DNA of 64,000 nt from Camelus ferus (Eukaryota): contig NW_022589675.1 of assembly GCF_009834535.1 (NCBI RefSeq), positions 62,001-126,000 on the forward strand. The letters are read 5' to 3'. The stretch's first letter is position 1, and the number at the start of each line of letters is the position of its first letter. Below the pieces are notes generated by a model. The model did no database searches. It was not told where the DNA came from and saw only the letters and a list, made by a program, of their open reading frames with translations. A program made the translations under genes and the position numbers. Below are positions 11,916-21,970 of the stretch, one piece after another.

Positions 11916-14252
11916 GTAGCCTGAGTGAGCTATTGTACTGCTACCAACCAACTCACTGAAGGCGTGCTGTTCTCCCAAATAATATTAAAAGACCACATTG
12001 TTCCTGGACAATGATGATTCCTGTTTAAATGCAAACACTGTAACAAAAAAGTAAGCTGCGTTAGACAAGGGCTGAACAAAAACTGGTTTAGGAGTTGCGA
12101 TCCAAGACTTCATTTTTTCCTGGCCTGCCCCTTCTCTTCTTAAGAATAAACAAGCACTGCCATCTTAAAATATTAATAGTTTTAAAAATCTCAAGATGTT
12201 GATGCAGACTGTCAGAAGTGATTACTAGATGGTGCTTCAAGCCACGCACGGAACCCTTGAAATGACTGATTTCTAACGACAGCTGCTTCCATCGGCTGCC
12301 CTGCTTCCCGAGGTCCGTGCGGCCTGCAAATGCTCTTTCTGCGGATGTAATACTCAGCAGTTTGATACCCTCCTACAGAGAATTTATGGGCTGGGGGGTT
12401 CTAGAAATAGAATGAGCCAATTTTTTTTTCTCTCTCTCTGTCTACTTCTGTTCATGGAGTTACAATCAAGCCTGGTTCACAGCAACTTTGTGAACTTAAC
12501 ACACAATGGCTCTGATGTTACAAACGTATCCCCAGCCATCCTGTCACCATGAAGACGGGACTCAAAGCAATCCCTGAAACACAAACTATTAAAGCTGGAA
12601 GGAACTTCTGAGACTGTCGAATCCTGACCAGTTTCCATGATGTGGGTAACGGGACACCCCCCGTGAGTTTATTTAGAAGAAAAAGAGTTGGCAGGAAGAA
12701 AAGAAAGTACTGTTTAGTGGAAAAGATGGCTCAATTTTAAGGGGGGAAAATAAGCCTATGGTTTAACTTTCTAGGACTAAGTTTTGAAAACTTGACTCTG
12801 TCATTTACTTGTTAGCTATCTGAGTGCTTTTACTCCCATAAACCCATCTGTATAAGCAGTTACACATTTTTCCCCCTAGTCCTCTCTTCTGAAAATCTGG
12901 GTTCTTTTCTCCTTGCAGGTCATTTTCTACTGATTCACGCCTCTCAGTTGTGCCATCTAAGTGATAACCTCCTTCTCGAAGCTGTATTGCTTACAGATTT
13001 CATGATGGAATCAAAGTCTCACCCATCTCCAACAGAATCTAATGGAAATAGAAAACTGATCACTTATCCTACTTTTTGCTGCACTTAAAGGGAAAATTTA
13101 AGTGTATTTGAAATAATGTTATTTAAAAAAATAGGCTAACATCGTCTCTACAAGACAGGATTTAAAGCGTTTACTACAAACCATGTAATTCCCACTTCAC
13201 GAATGGGTGAATCAGTCCATCAACATATATATTTTGTATTGACTAGGTACTTACTTCTGGTGGATTCTGCAGAGAATATCAGAGGTGTGATAACATAAGC
13301 AAGCCCTGACATAAAGGAATTTAAAAAACCTTCTTGAAGAGACAAGATGTAAATCCCAGAAGTGTCCATCATTCCAAGCTATGTATAATTAGCTACCAAA
13401 AGATACAGAATCGATGGTAAATTCTACATGTATGTGGGCTCCAGAGTCAGAAGGATCTGGAGGGAGGAACCAGGAAAACAACTCAGGCAACTTCAGACAG
13501 TGGAAGCAGAGGCCTTTATCAGGAAGGCTGAGCAGACGAGCAGGCGGGAGGAGGGAAGGCCCGGCAGGGAACAGAGGGGATAAGGCTGCAGTGGCGGTTT
13601 GTAGCCAGACTGCAGGGAGCCCTGGACACTAGAGGGTCAGATTCAGACCTGAAACCCCAGGTAACAGGGAAGGCTCTTGAAAATGGATGTCTTAGAAAAG
13701 TGAAACTGAAAAGAGTTATGTCGGAAGACAGGGGCCCAAGGAAGACATGCGGAGAGGCTAGAAGTTGGGAGACCGTGGAGGTAGCTGTTGTAATAAAACT
13801 GGCAGGGAGAGACAAGAGGCTAGACAAAAAGAAAGGATACAAACACTAGGATTTTTAATATCCAGAGAACTGTTTTGACTCTCAAAGCCCATCAAGTTAA
13901 GTATTATTCAAATAAAAATCCAATACAAAAAAAGTATTTCCAAGCCCCAACCAAGTGCCTTCTTATTTTGAGAAGTATTATGTTTTAATTGTAGTACCCC
14001 TTCCCCACTCCACAACCCCTCTAAAAAAAGAAAAAAAAAAAAAACCTTAAAGTTTTTGTAAAAGCTTATGGAGTAGAACCAGATGGTTAGAGAAAATCTA
14101 CTCCAAGTTTCACTGAAGTCCTTCTGATTTGTTTGCCTGCATTTCAACTTTGTTATGTCTACCAGGTGTGCACCTAGGACCAACTTTTTTTAGGCTAATG
14201 TGATTAGACATAAGAACTTTCTAGTTTTTCTTTTTCCTTCCTCTCCCACCTT

Positions 14253-14440
14253 CAAGGTGCAAAGTATTTGTGAAATCACTGAGATTATAAACAATTTCGG
14301 AAGGCTTGAACTGACCCCCTGTTCCCATAAAACAAAAGGTGCTGAAGAGGAGAGAGAGGTGTCAGGTTATGCAGACATAGCCTACTTTACAGAGTGAGTT
14401 AATTCCTGGATATTTTCCTGCAAAACAGATTTTGCTATTG
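14253..14440 (+). repeat. Left arm of 188-bp inverted duplication
   Basis: Reverse complement of 15036-15140 joined to 15302-15392 matches this arm with about 7 mismatches by hand alignment. Confidence 0.93.
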
Positions 14441-15035
14441 AAAGACATTTTTCTCAATGTTTTTTAGCAAATGCCACATCAGAGAGCTGTTCCTTTGGAA
14501 AACATTTTGACTCTCAGTCACGAGGAAGTCTCAATTAAGAATGCAGCAAACCTTTCAAGAACACATATTTCAAAGGAAAACAATCATTTTCTTAAGAATA
14601 TCTGCACTTCAACTCGAGGTTAGTCACAATGGCTGAATGCAAAGTAGTCAGGGTTCATTTTTGGTTTGGTACGAAGTCACGAGGCAAGCTTACTTGAGAA
14701 TAGGTCACTAGACTGAGAAGTCCCTCTGTGTCTCTTCAGTTTATAAGAGATCTCAAACACCTCCAAGAGATCTCAAACCTTATAGTGTCCCACTGCCTTT
14801 GCTTTCTCACTCCCTGTCTCTTCATCAGTCATGGAAGCTGCTGTTTTTAACAAAATGAACCGAAGGCTCTGGGTAAAAGGGGTGGGGGTGGGATGAAGAC
14901 ACCAGATCTGAAAGAGGCAAGGACTTTAGAGAGCAAAAAAGTATTCACAGGCCCTGTGGATGGGGGAACTTGAACATTCTCAGAAACATTCTAAGCTGAG
15001 GAGGTCAGCTTATAAAACGGTTTCTGGCTAATAAG

Positions 15036-15392
15036 CAACAGCAAAATCTGTTCTGCAGGAAAATAACCAGGAATTAACTCACACTGTAAAGTAGGCTATG
15101 TCTGCATAACCTGGCACCTCTCTCTCCTCTTCAGCACCTTTTTTTTTTTTAACATTTTTTATTGATTTATAATCATTTTACAATATTGTGTCAAATTGCA
15201 GTGTAGAGCACAATTTTTCAATTATACATGAACATATATATATACATTGTCACATTCCTTTCTCTGTGAGCTACCATAAGATCTTGTGTATATTTCCCTG
15301 GAGCACCTTTTGTTTTATGGGAACAGGGGGCCAGTTCAAGCCTTCCGAAATTGTTTATGATCTCAGTGATTTCACAAATACTTTGCACCTTG
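15036..15392 (-). repeat. Right arm of inverted duplication, interrupted by an L1 3' fragment
   Basis: Matches 14253-14440 in reverse orientation. The L1 fragment sits between duplicated agcacctttt target sites. Confidence 0.93.
15141..15300 (-). mobile_element. Camelid L1 extreme 3' end (~160 bp) with polyA
   Basis: About 88% identical by hand to the reverse complement of the L1 tail at 4703-4857. Flanked by agcacctttt on both sides. Confidence 0.9.
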
Positions 15393-16010
15393 TTCACAAA
15401 CCATGAACCACCAAGAGTTTCTTTCTAATTTATAAGCTCTATTTATTTTCTTAACATGTCTAAGTAATCTCTAGAATCATGACTATTTAGAGCCCACAGA
15501 AGTCTTTAGTATCTGCTCAAAATAGCATGTAAACTGTTCTAGACAAATGGGTACTTCTCTCAGCCTGTGGAATCTCCAAGAAGTAGCTTTCAGACTCCTC
15601 CAGTGTGATGGGTTCTAGGTCTTACCAATCCAAACAGAGCACCCGGTGGACTGCTCAAAATCGACCAAAAGCCAGAATCACTCCCAATCTTGTGACAAAC
15701 AGACTTCAAATAATCAAGATGACAAATGATAAAGACCCTTGCCTCTCAAAAAGTGGAAAGATTGGAACTGCCTTAATCAGAAGTACATAAAAGGCACAGT
15801 GCAAATACATTCAACTTTCATCTTGGGGTCGACCAGAACAAGAGCCTGCAGCCGCCAGAGGGTAAATTTCAACTACATCGTGAGAATGGCTCTCCTCACC
15901 AAGGGTGGTCAGTCTGAGGAACAAACGTATGCAAGTCAGAAACTTAAATATCACAAGAAGGAGGCCAATAACAATATTTGGGTTGTTGCACGTCAAATGC
16001 AAGGCTCTCT

Positions 16011-16470
16011 GCTGTACGTTGAGTTGCGTCACTCAAAAATCCATATGTGGAAGTCCTAACTCTGAGGACCTCAGAATGTGGCCTTATTGGAAAAAAGGTC
16101 ATTGCAGACGTAACTAAGATGAAGTCATACTCGAGTGGAGCGGCTCCCGAATCTATTATGACGGGTGTCTTTATAGAAGGGGGAAATTTGGACACAGATA
16201 TACACACACCCGAGGAGAACACTCCATGGAAATGAAGCCAGAGATCAGGAGATGAGGCAGAAGCCAAGGAAGGCCAGAGATGCCAGCAGACCGCCAGAGC
16301 ATGGAAGGGAGGCCTGGAACCAATTCTCCCGCACGGCTCTCAGAGGGAATCATCCCTGCTGACACCTTGACCTTGAACTTCTAGCCTCCACGACTGTGAG
16401 AAAATAAAGTTCTGCCTTTAAGCCACCTGGTTTGCCGTACTTCGTTAGGGCAGCCCCAGCAAACTAACAC
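16011..16470 (+). mobile_element. MaLR solo LTR (MLT1-type)
   Basis: tg...gtggaagtcctaac...cctcagaatgtggccttattggaaaaaaggtcattgcagacgtaact...gactgtgagaaaataaagttctg...gcagccccagcaaactaacaca matches the MLT1 layout. Confidence 0.88.
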
Positions 16471-16829
16471 AGTCATCAAACATCACACAAGTTGCGGTGA
16501 GCAGCAGAAAGGCCTTTCTTTTCTAGGTTTAACAGTAAGGTTGTCAGTTTTGGAGTGGTGATGGTATTCAGGCCATTTTGTTTTGCTCTTGCCCAAAACA
16601 TCACGTGTTAGTGGCAGGCAGTGGGCAAAATTTTGACTTGGTGGTGTGTCCTCAGAGTGCAGAACACCTCCTCGGAAGGACAGCACAAAATCACAAGCCC
16701 TGGCTGCTTCTCAAGGCCTCTTCCATTTGCCTGTGGTTGGGTGACACAGGCCCATCCCACACTCAAGGGAAAGAGAGCGAACCAGGCAGTGCAGTGAGGG
16801 AAAGCCACTGGCCCCATCTGCAGGAGCCA

Positions 16830-17070
16830 GGGAAAGAGGGCATGGCTCCAGTTTGTCTGTCCTTCAGTCTCAAGTCCCCTTTCTCTGTCAGCTGCTCAGA
16901 ATACCATCTCCTCTAGGAAGTCTTCCAGGATTTTTCTTAGCCAGACAATGGCACATCTTTGGGGTCTCAGTGTACCATGAGTGAGTGGTTTTCATGTCTG
17001 TACTTCCCACAGGAGAGACCATCCTTGGGAGCAGGCCCCAGGCTTCTGTATTCCCTTTTGCACCCAGCAG
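16830..17070 (+). mobile_element. L2 fragment
   Basis: Degenerate L2 3' motifs (catctcctctaggaagtcttcc..., ccatccttgggagcagg). Boundaries approximate. Confidence 0.55.
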
Positions 17071-17468
17071 ACTTTTTTCCAGAGGCTTAAAACTAAATAT
17101 GTGCTATTTAACTAAATAGTAATTTCCCCCAGAATCTGCTCATATCAACCAAGAGAGGTAATTTAGAAATGCCCTATGAATATAACATTCTGAAATTTTC
17201 CATCAAATATGAAGCAATTACACAATTTCAGCTTTGTGTCAGACCTTTAATAACATTTTAAATTACTTTTTTTTTAAATTACTTTTTTTCACTTTAATAT
17301 TTTATATCTTTTGTTTGTGATGATCTTACTTCTCACTTTAAATAAGCATTTGGAGCCAGTGATTCTGTTACCTGAGGAGTTTCTCCTTGGCTGACGTTCC
17401 ATAATATTCTCTCTTTTCCACAATCTCCAGACTTTCTTACAAAAACACACTGTAGACAAAAAACGTAC

Positions 17469-17541
17469 CTGGGTCAAACTGAATCAGCTTAGATGGAGTT
17501 GTGGTGAAATCTTTTCCAACTGTAGCTGACACTTGGTTGAC
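17469..17541 (-). CDS. FREM1: FREM1 coding exon (~exon 29), 73 bp, Calx-beta
   Basis: ctcttcag|GTC AAC CAA GTG...GAC CCA G|gtacgt; [24 protein letters not shown]; phase 0 to 1. Confidence 0.95.
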
Positions 17542-18190
17542 CTGAAGAGGGAAACAAACGTCTTTTTTTAAATAAAAATAAATATTCTGTAATGCAGACA
17601 TATCTAGTCTAATCTCCTACTAGACTAAACTCGGGCTTTTAAATCTGTTTTTAACATAAAGTGTTTTTCATTCTAATAAGTCACTTTCGATCCATCTTTC
17701 TTAAAGTTAAGTTTTTCAAGACTAATTTCTATGGCAGTAAAAGCAAAACATTTTATTTTTATTTTTCTGCTTCTCCTTTATAAATGCTTCAGTTATCGGA
17801 GGAACATGAGTTTTAAACAGCATTTTTGTCATCGTTATAAAAATTCTTTTATTTCATCGCCTTCTCTCTGTCCCAACCTGGTTCTAAAATAGTGCCTGGG
17901 CAGTGAGGGAGGGGGCCCTGAAGAGAAGCAGAAGCAGGGACTCCTGACAGCCTGAGTGCTGATCTGTCACCAGCCTGGAGGTGTCCTGCGAGCTCCAGGA
18001 CACTGAAAGCCTTTACACCAGATGGCTTCCTGTCTGGATGAAGCCATTCCCCTTCACAGGCATGAAACAGGGCTCCATGGGGATGACAGCCCCGGTGAGC
18101 AGCCCCACAAAGGCCATCAGCACCCAGAACCGAGGGCTTGAGAAGCTTCGTCAGGGAAGTTGTTAAAAAAAAAAAAAAATCGCTCTAAGT

Positions 18191-18565
18191 AAGTTCATTT
18201 GGGTCATTTTTTTACATTCCACCTTTAAGTGATATCATATGAGGTTTGTCTTTCTCTGTCTGGCTTAAAAACAGAAAGACTCACAAACATAGAAAACAAA
18301 CTTATGGTTACCAAAGGCGAAGGGGCAGAGGGGGATAAATTAGGCATCTGGGATTAGTAGATTCACACCACTACATATAAAATAGATAAACATCAAGGTC
18401 CTCCTGTACAGCACAGGGAACTATATTCAAAAGCTTGTAATGACCTATAAGGAAAAAGAATATGAAAAAGAATATATATAAATATCTGTATCTGAATCAC
18501 TTTGCTGTACACCTGAAACTAACACAATATGGTAAATCAACTATACTTCAATTTTTAAAAAAAAA
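18191..18565 (+). mobile_element. Camelid L1 3' fragment with 5' inversion (twin priming)
   Basis: 18191-18266 is the inverted upstream L1 segment; 18267-18565 is the forward 3'UTR plus A tail. TSD aaaaat(c/t)gctctaa(g/t)t at 18175-18190 and 18561-18576. Confidence 0.85.
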
Positions 18566-18811
18566 TTGCTCTAATTTGAAGAGATTGTTGACTGATCCCC
18601 TGCTCGGCACCCCCAGGGCTGAAAGACAGGTGATTTAAGGCTCTGAAGGCACGGCCTCAATTCCCCCCCAAGGGAGCCTAGTATGTAAGAATAGTGTCCT
18701 TGGCTGGCTTGGAAATGAGGTCGTCGAACGAGATGTCCAGGAAAGGGGTTAATCGGCTTCTTCACTTTCTTATACAGGACTGAAGTGCACAATTAAAAAC
18801 GTATAAACTCC

Positions 18812-19169
18812 GGGGGGAGGGTACAGCTCAGTGGTAGAGCGTGTGCTTAGCACGCATGCGGTCCTGGTAATCTGGTTATGGCAGAATTTACGTGCACAAG
18901 GTTCTGAGGGTGATTTGAATTTATTCTTGTAATTGAGACTTAATTGAGATGCCACTTTTCCCCCTTAGGGGCCAGTATCAGTGCTTTTTCCTTAATCTGG
19001 TTATGGCAGAATTTACGTGCACAAGGTTCTGAGGGTGATTTGAATTTATTCTTGTAATTGAGACTTAATTGAGATGCCACTTTTCCCCCTTAGGGGCCAG
19101 TATCAGTGCTTTTTCCTTAGATGGAAGAGTACGTCCCTAGTACCTCCATTAATTAAAAGTATAAATTAA
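18812..19169 (+). mobile_element. Camelid SINE split by a ~260-bp locally templated insertion
   Basis: SINE 5' half at 18812-18867 (ggggggagggtacagctcagtggtagagcg...gtcctgg), 3' half from ~19134 (tccctagtacctcc plus A-rich tail). TSD gtataaa(c/t)tcc at 18801-18811 and 19170-19180. Confidence 0.85.
18868..19117 (+). repeat. Perfect tandem duplication, 2 x 125 bp
   Basis: 18868-18992 and 18993-19117 read identically (taatctggttatggcagaatttacgtgcac...gtgctttttcct). Confidence 0.95.
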
Positions 19170-19349
19170 GTATAAATTCCCATTGCTATGGCCTCAGACA
19201 TCATCTCCACTTCTCACCACAGGCCCTAACACCTGCCAGTGGTCTGCAGCGGGAACATTTTGCTCGAGAAGGGTATTAACTCCCAAGCTCCCATTTACTC
19301 TTTCCTTCCAGCACCAAACTCCTCCTGAACAACCTTCCACTGCAAAGGC

Positions 19350-19800
19350 CGCCCGCTGCACACCTGTCCGCGCCACACGCTGCGGCTTCATTTCGCCGCA
19401 CGGCTCCCGCCCGTGCAGTTCCCAGCATTTACCGCCACGGAGTTTACAGGGGCCTCCGCGGGGAAAGGGTCGGTCTGGGGCAGGGTGCGCGGAGAAGTCG
19501 GTCCACGGAAGGTGCGCGATTCAAACCAGGGCGAACAGCAGAGGGTAAAAGCGCTTTCCTCTCGCTTCTCGCCGCCGAGCAGCCGACAAGCTGTGGTACA
19601 AAGCCGCAGGCGGCGCCGGGCGGGCTGGTCCCTGAAGGCCCCGGCGGCGGCGTGAGGAAGGCCTGCACACTCGGCCGGCGGCCTCCCTGGGTGCGCTCAG
19701 CTTAAGCAGACAAAAGGTTCCCTGCCACACCGCGCGTGTTCCTTCTACCGGGCACGCTGAAGGGGCACGCGCCCAGAACTCCAGACTACAGCATACGGTG
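19350..19800. promoter_or_regulatory. Intronic CpG island
   Basis: About 50 CpG dinucleotides in ~450 bp by hand count, GC-rich, with a GC-box-like gggcggg at ~19618-19624, in an otherwise AT-rich, CpG-poor intron. Regulatory function is inferred. Confidence 0.7.
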
Positions 19801-19986
19801 CTTTCTATGGAGGACCGGGAGGGGATCAGAAAACCATCCAGGCAGATTCTTTCTTTTTCCATAAACAATGTGCTGGGAAATTACAGGGGACACCAAGTTA
19901 TCTGATGCCTTAATGACAATAAAGCACCGCAGTTCTGGGGAAAAGAGCCCATGTCCAACGGAAAGAGAAATACTGAGCCTGGAGAC

Positions 19987-20113
19987 GGTAGAATTTACGT
20001 GCACAGGGCTCTGAGGGTGATCTGAATTTATTCTTGTAATTGAGACTTAACTGAGATGCCACTCCCTGCCTCCCAGAGGCCAGTATCAGTGCTTTTTCCC
20101 TTAGATGGAAGAG
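19987..20113 (+). repeat. Diverged third copy (probable source) of the 125-bp unit
   Basis: ggtagaatttacgtgcacagggctctgagggtg...ttagatggaagag is about 90% identical by hand to 19005-19129. Confidence 0.9.
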
Positions 20114-20756
20114 GGGACTCTTTAAGGCTCATTCACCATCACTAGTATGTACAAGCATTTCATGCTCTCATCCTTGTGAAGTGCAGTTTTTACAGTGACT
20201 CCTAAAACGTCCTTCAATTCTAGAAGCCACGGATGGTCCATGTCAGTGGAAAGAAATAGCAAGGTGTCTGGTCCAAAAGTGGCTCCTGAAGATTCCTTCC
20301 ATCTCAGGGTGCCTGTATTGACATACGGTCTCTTAGATTTGCACAGCTTGGGTAACCCTTAAGATAGGTTTGTTTCCTGATTTTTCTCATCTGCTGAGAC
20401 CACAGGAAATAATTCTGCTGTGATAAAGCCACCTGGGGACTGAAACTTCCATACAATTTTCCTTTCTAAAGCAGAGTTTGGCCCAAGTTCACTAGGTTGG
20501 ACATATCTCCAACTTCAAGAGTTAAAGGCCACATTTGGAAACTAAAAATGGGTTAGAAATATCCTATCTAGGAGGTAATGAACCCAGAGAAAGGGTGGAG
20601 GGACGTGGGATCTTATACTTAGAGCCTCTGCGGTAGAGCCACACTCCTGCAGCTTGACATTTCCTTGACTACTATGAACTTTTCTAAGGAAATAATCAAA
20701 GGCATCAACCAGCAACCTAAGTTTTAGCTTGAAAGTGCACAGTTTAGAGTTGTTAC

Positions 20757-20886
20757 CTTTACACTCACAAAGGCCGAGTCCATGGAATCTCCCTTTCTGG
20801 TAATTTCCAGGGGCAACAAGCCCACGTTCTCGCAGACCTCATATTCGGTCCGTGACCACTCGATATGGGACCACTTCAGTTCCAAA
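20757..20886 (-). CDS. FREM1: FREM1 coding exon (~exon 28), 130 bp, start of Calx-beta domain
   Basis: ttgcgtag|T TTG GAA CTG AAG TGG...AGT GTA AAG|gtaaca; [43 protein letters not shown]; phase 2 to 0. Confidence 0.95.
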
Positions 20887-20924
20887 CTACGCAAGTAAGG
20901 AAAAGAAGAAAGAAAATCATGAGA

Positions 20925-21122
20925 TGTTAAACACTATACATACATTAGATAAACAACAAGGTCCTACTGTGCAGCACAGGGAAATTTATTCAATACCTTT
21001 TAATGGCCTATAATGAAAAAGAATATGAAAAGGAATATAGATATAAATACATAGCTGAATCACTATGCTGTACACCAGAAACGAAAAATATTGTCAACAC
21101 ACTGTACTTCAATAAAAAATAA
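20925..21122 (+). mobile_element. Camelid L1 3' fragment with TSD, adjacent to an exon acceptor
   Basis: Same L1 3'UTR family as 18267-18565 and 60990-61280. TSD aaaatcatgaga at 20913-20924 and 21123-21134. Confidence 0.88.
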
Positions 21123-21779
21123 AAAATCATGAGACATGCATAATAGATGGTGGTGGAGACCGTCTGCTGGGTACCAGACTAAACCATGGTCCATATCAGG
21201 TGGTAGAGGTCGTTCATCAACCTGCACCGAAGCTACAAGTTCCTTCCACTTGTTTGGTACATATTAGTTCACAAAGAAATTTATTAACATTATCTCATTT
21301 GATGCTCTCAACAATGCTGCGAGGTAGACACAGCAAGTGTTAAAATTCCATTTTACAAATGTAGAAATAAGCTTAAAAGTCTATCAGAGGCCACAGTTAT
21401 TAATGATAAAAAAAGGGGGGGGGCTTGAATTTGAGTGTTTTGAAGGGAAAGGAGCAGGTATTAAGCTCAAGGAGATGTTCATTCTTGGAAAGGACATTGA
21501 CATGAAGTCTTCTCCCCTATTTTTCACTTCCTTCATTGGAACAACAAGACCTCTTTCCAGGCACAGATCATCTCCAAACTTGGGTTCAGTTTAATAGCAA
21601 GATATCTTTGAGGATGTGCCTAGGAATTAAGACGTGCATGTGTGTGAGTACTGTTCTCTGTCCCTTCCCCTGTGCAGATAAAAGGGCTACACTAATATAA
21701 CTTGGAGGCAGCTATACAACTGAATAAACCTGATAAAGAGAGGGTGGTCTTTTTTCCCCGCACCATATTTAGTGATCCC

Positions 21780-21970
21780 AACATCTGATGATGAAAATTG
21801 ACTTCTTTAATCCTCATAGTATGGAAGGTACTTTCCTTCTTTTTCTTTTCTTCAGAAAAGAAAACCAAGTTTTAGAAAGGTTAAGTAACTAGCTCAAAGG
21901 CAAAAAGCTCTGACTAAGCTAACTGAGAGCAGAGATGGAATTCCCAGCACCGATCTGAAGCCAAATGTCC
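21780..21970 (-). mobile_element. MIR fragment
   Basis: tttaatcctcat...agaaaggttaagtaactagctcaaagg is the antisense MIR core. Confidence 0.65.

Noticed and set aside
14745-14779. Short direct repeat aagagatctcaaac x2 in the inverted-repeat spacer
   Set aside because: A 14-bp local slippage duplication with no further structure.
19183-20004. Several overlapping 65-121 aa ORFs over the CpG island
   Set aside because: Stops are scarce in GC-rich DNA. The peptides are Arg/Pro/Ala/Gly-rich, with no recognisable domain or splice structure.
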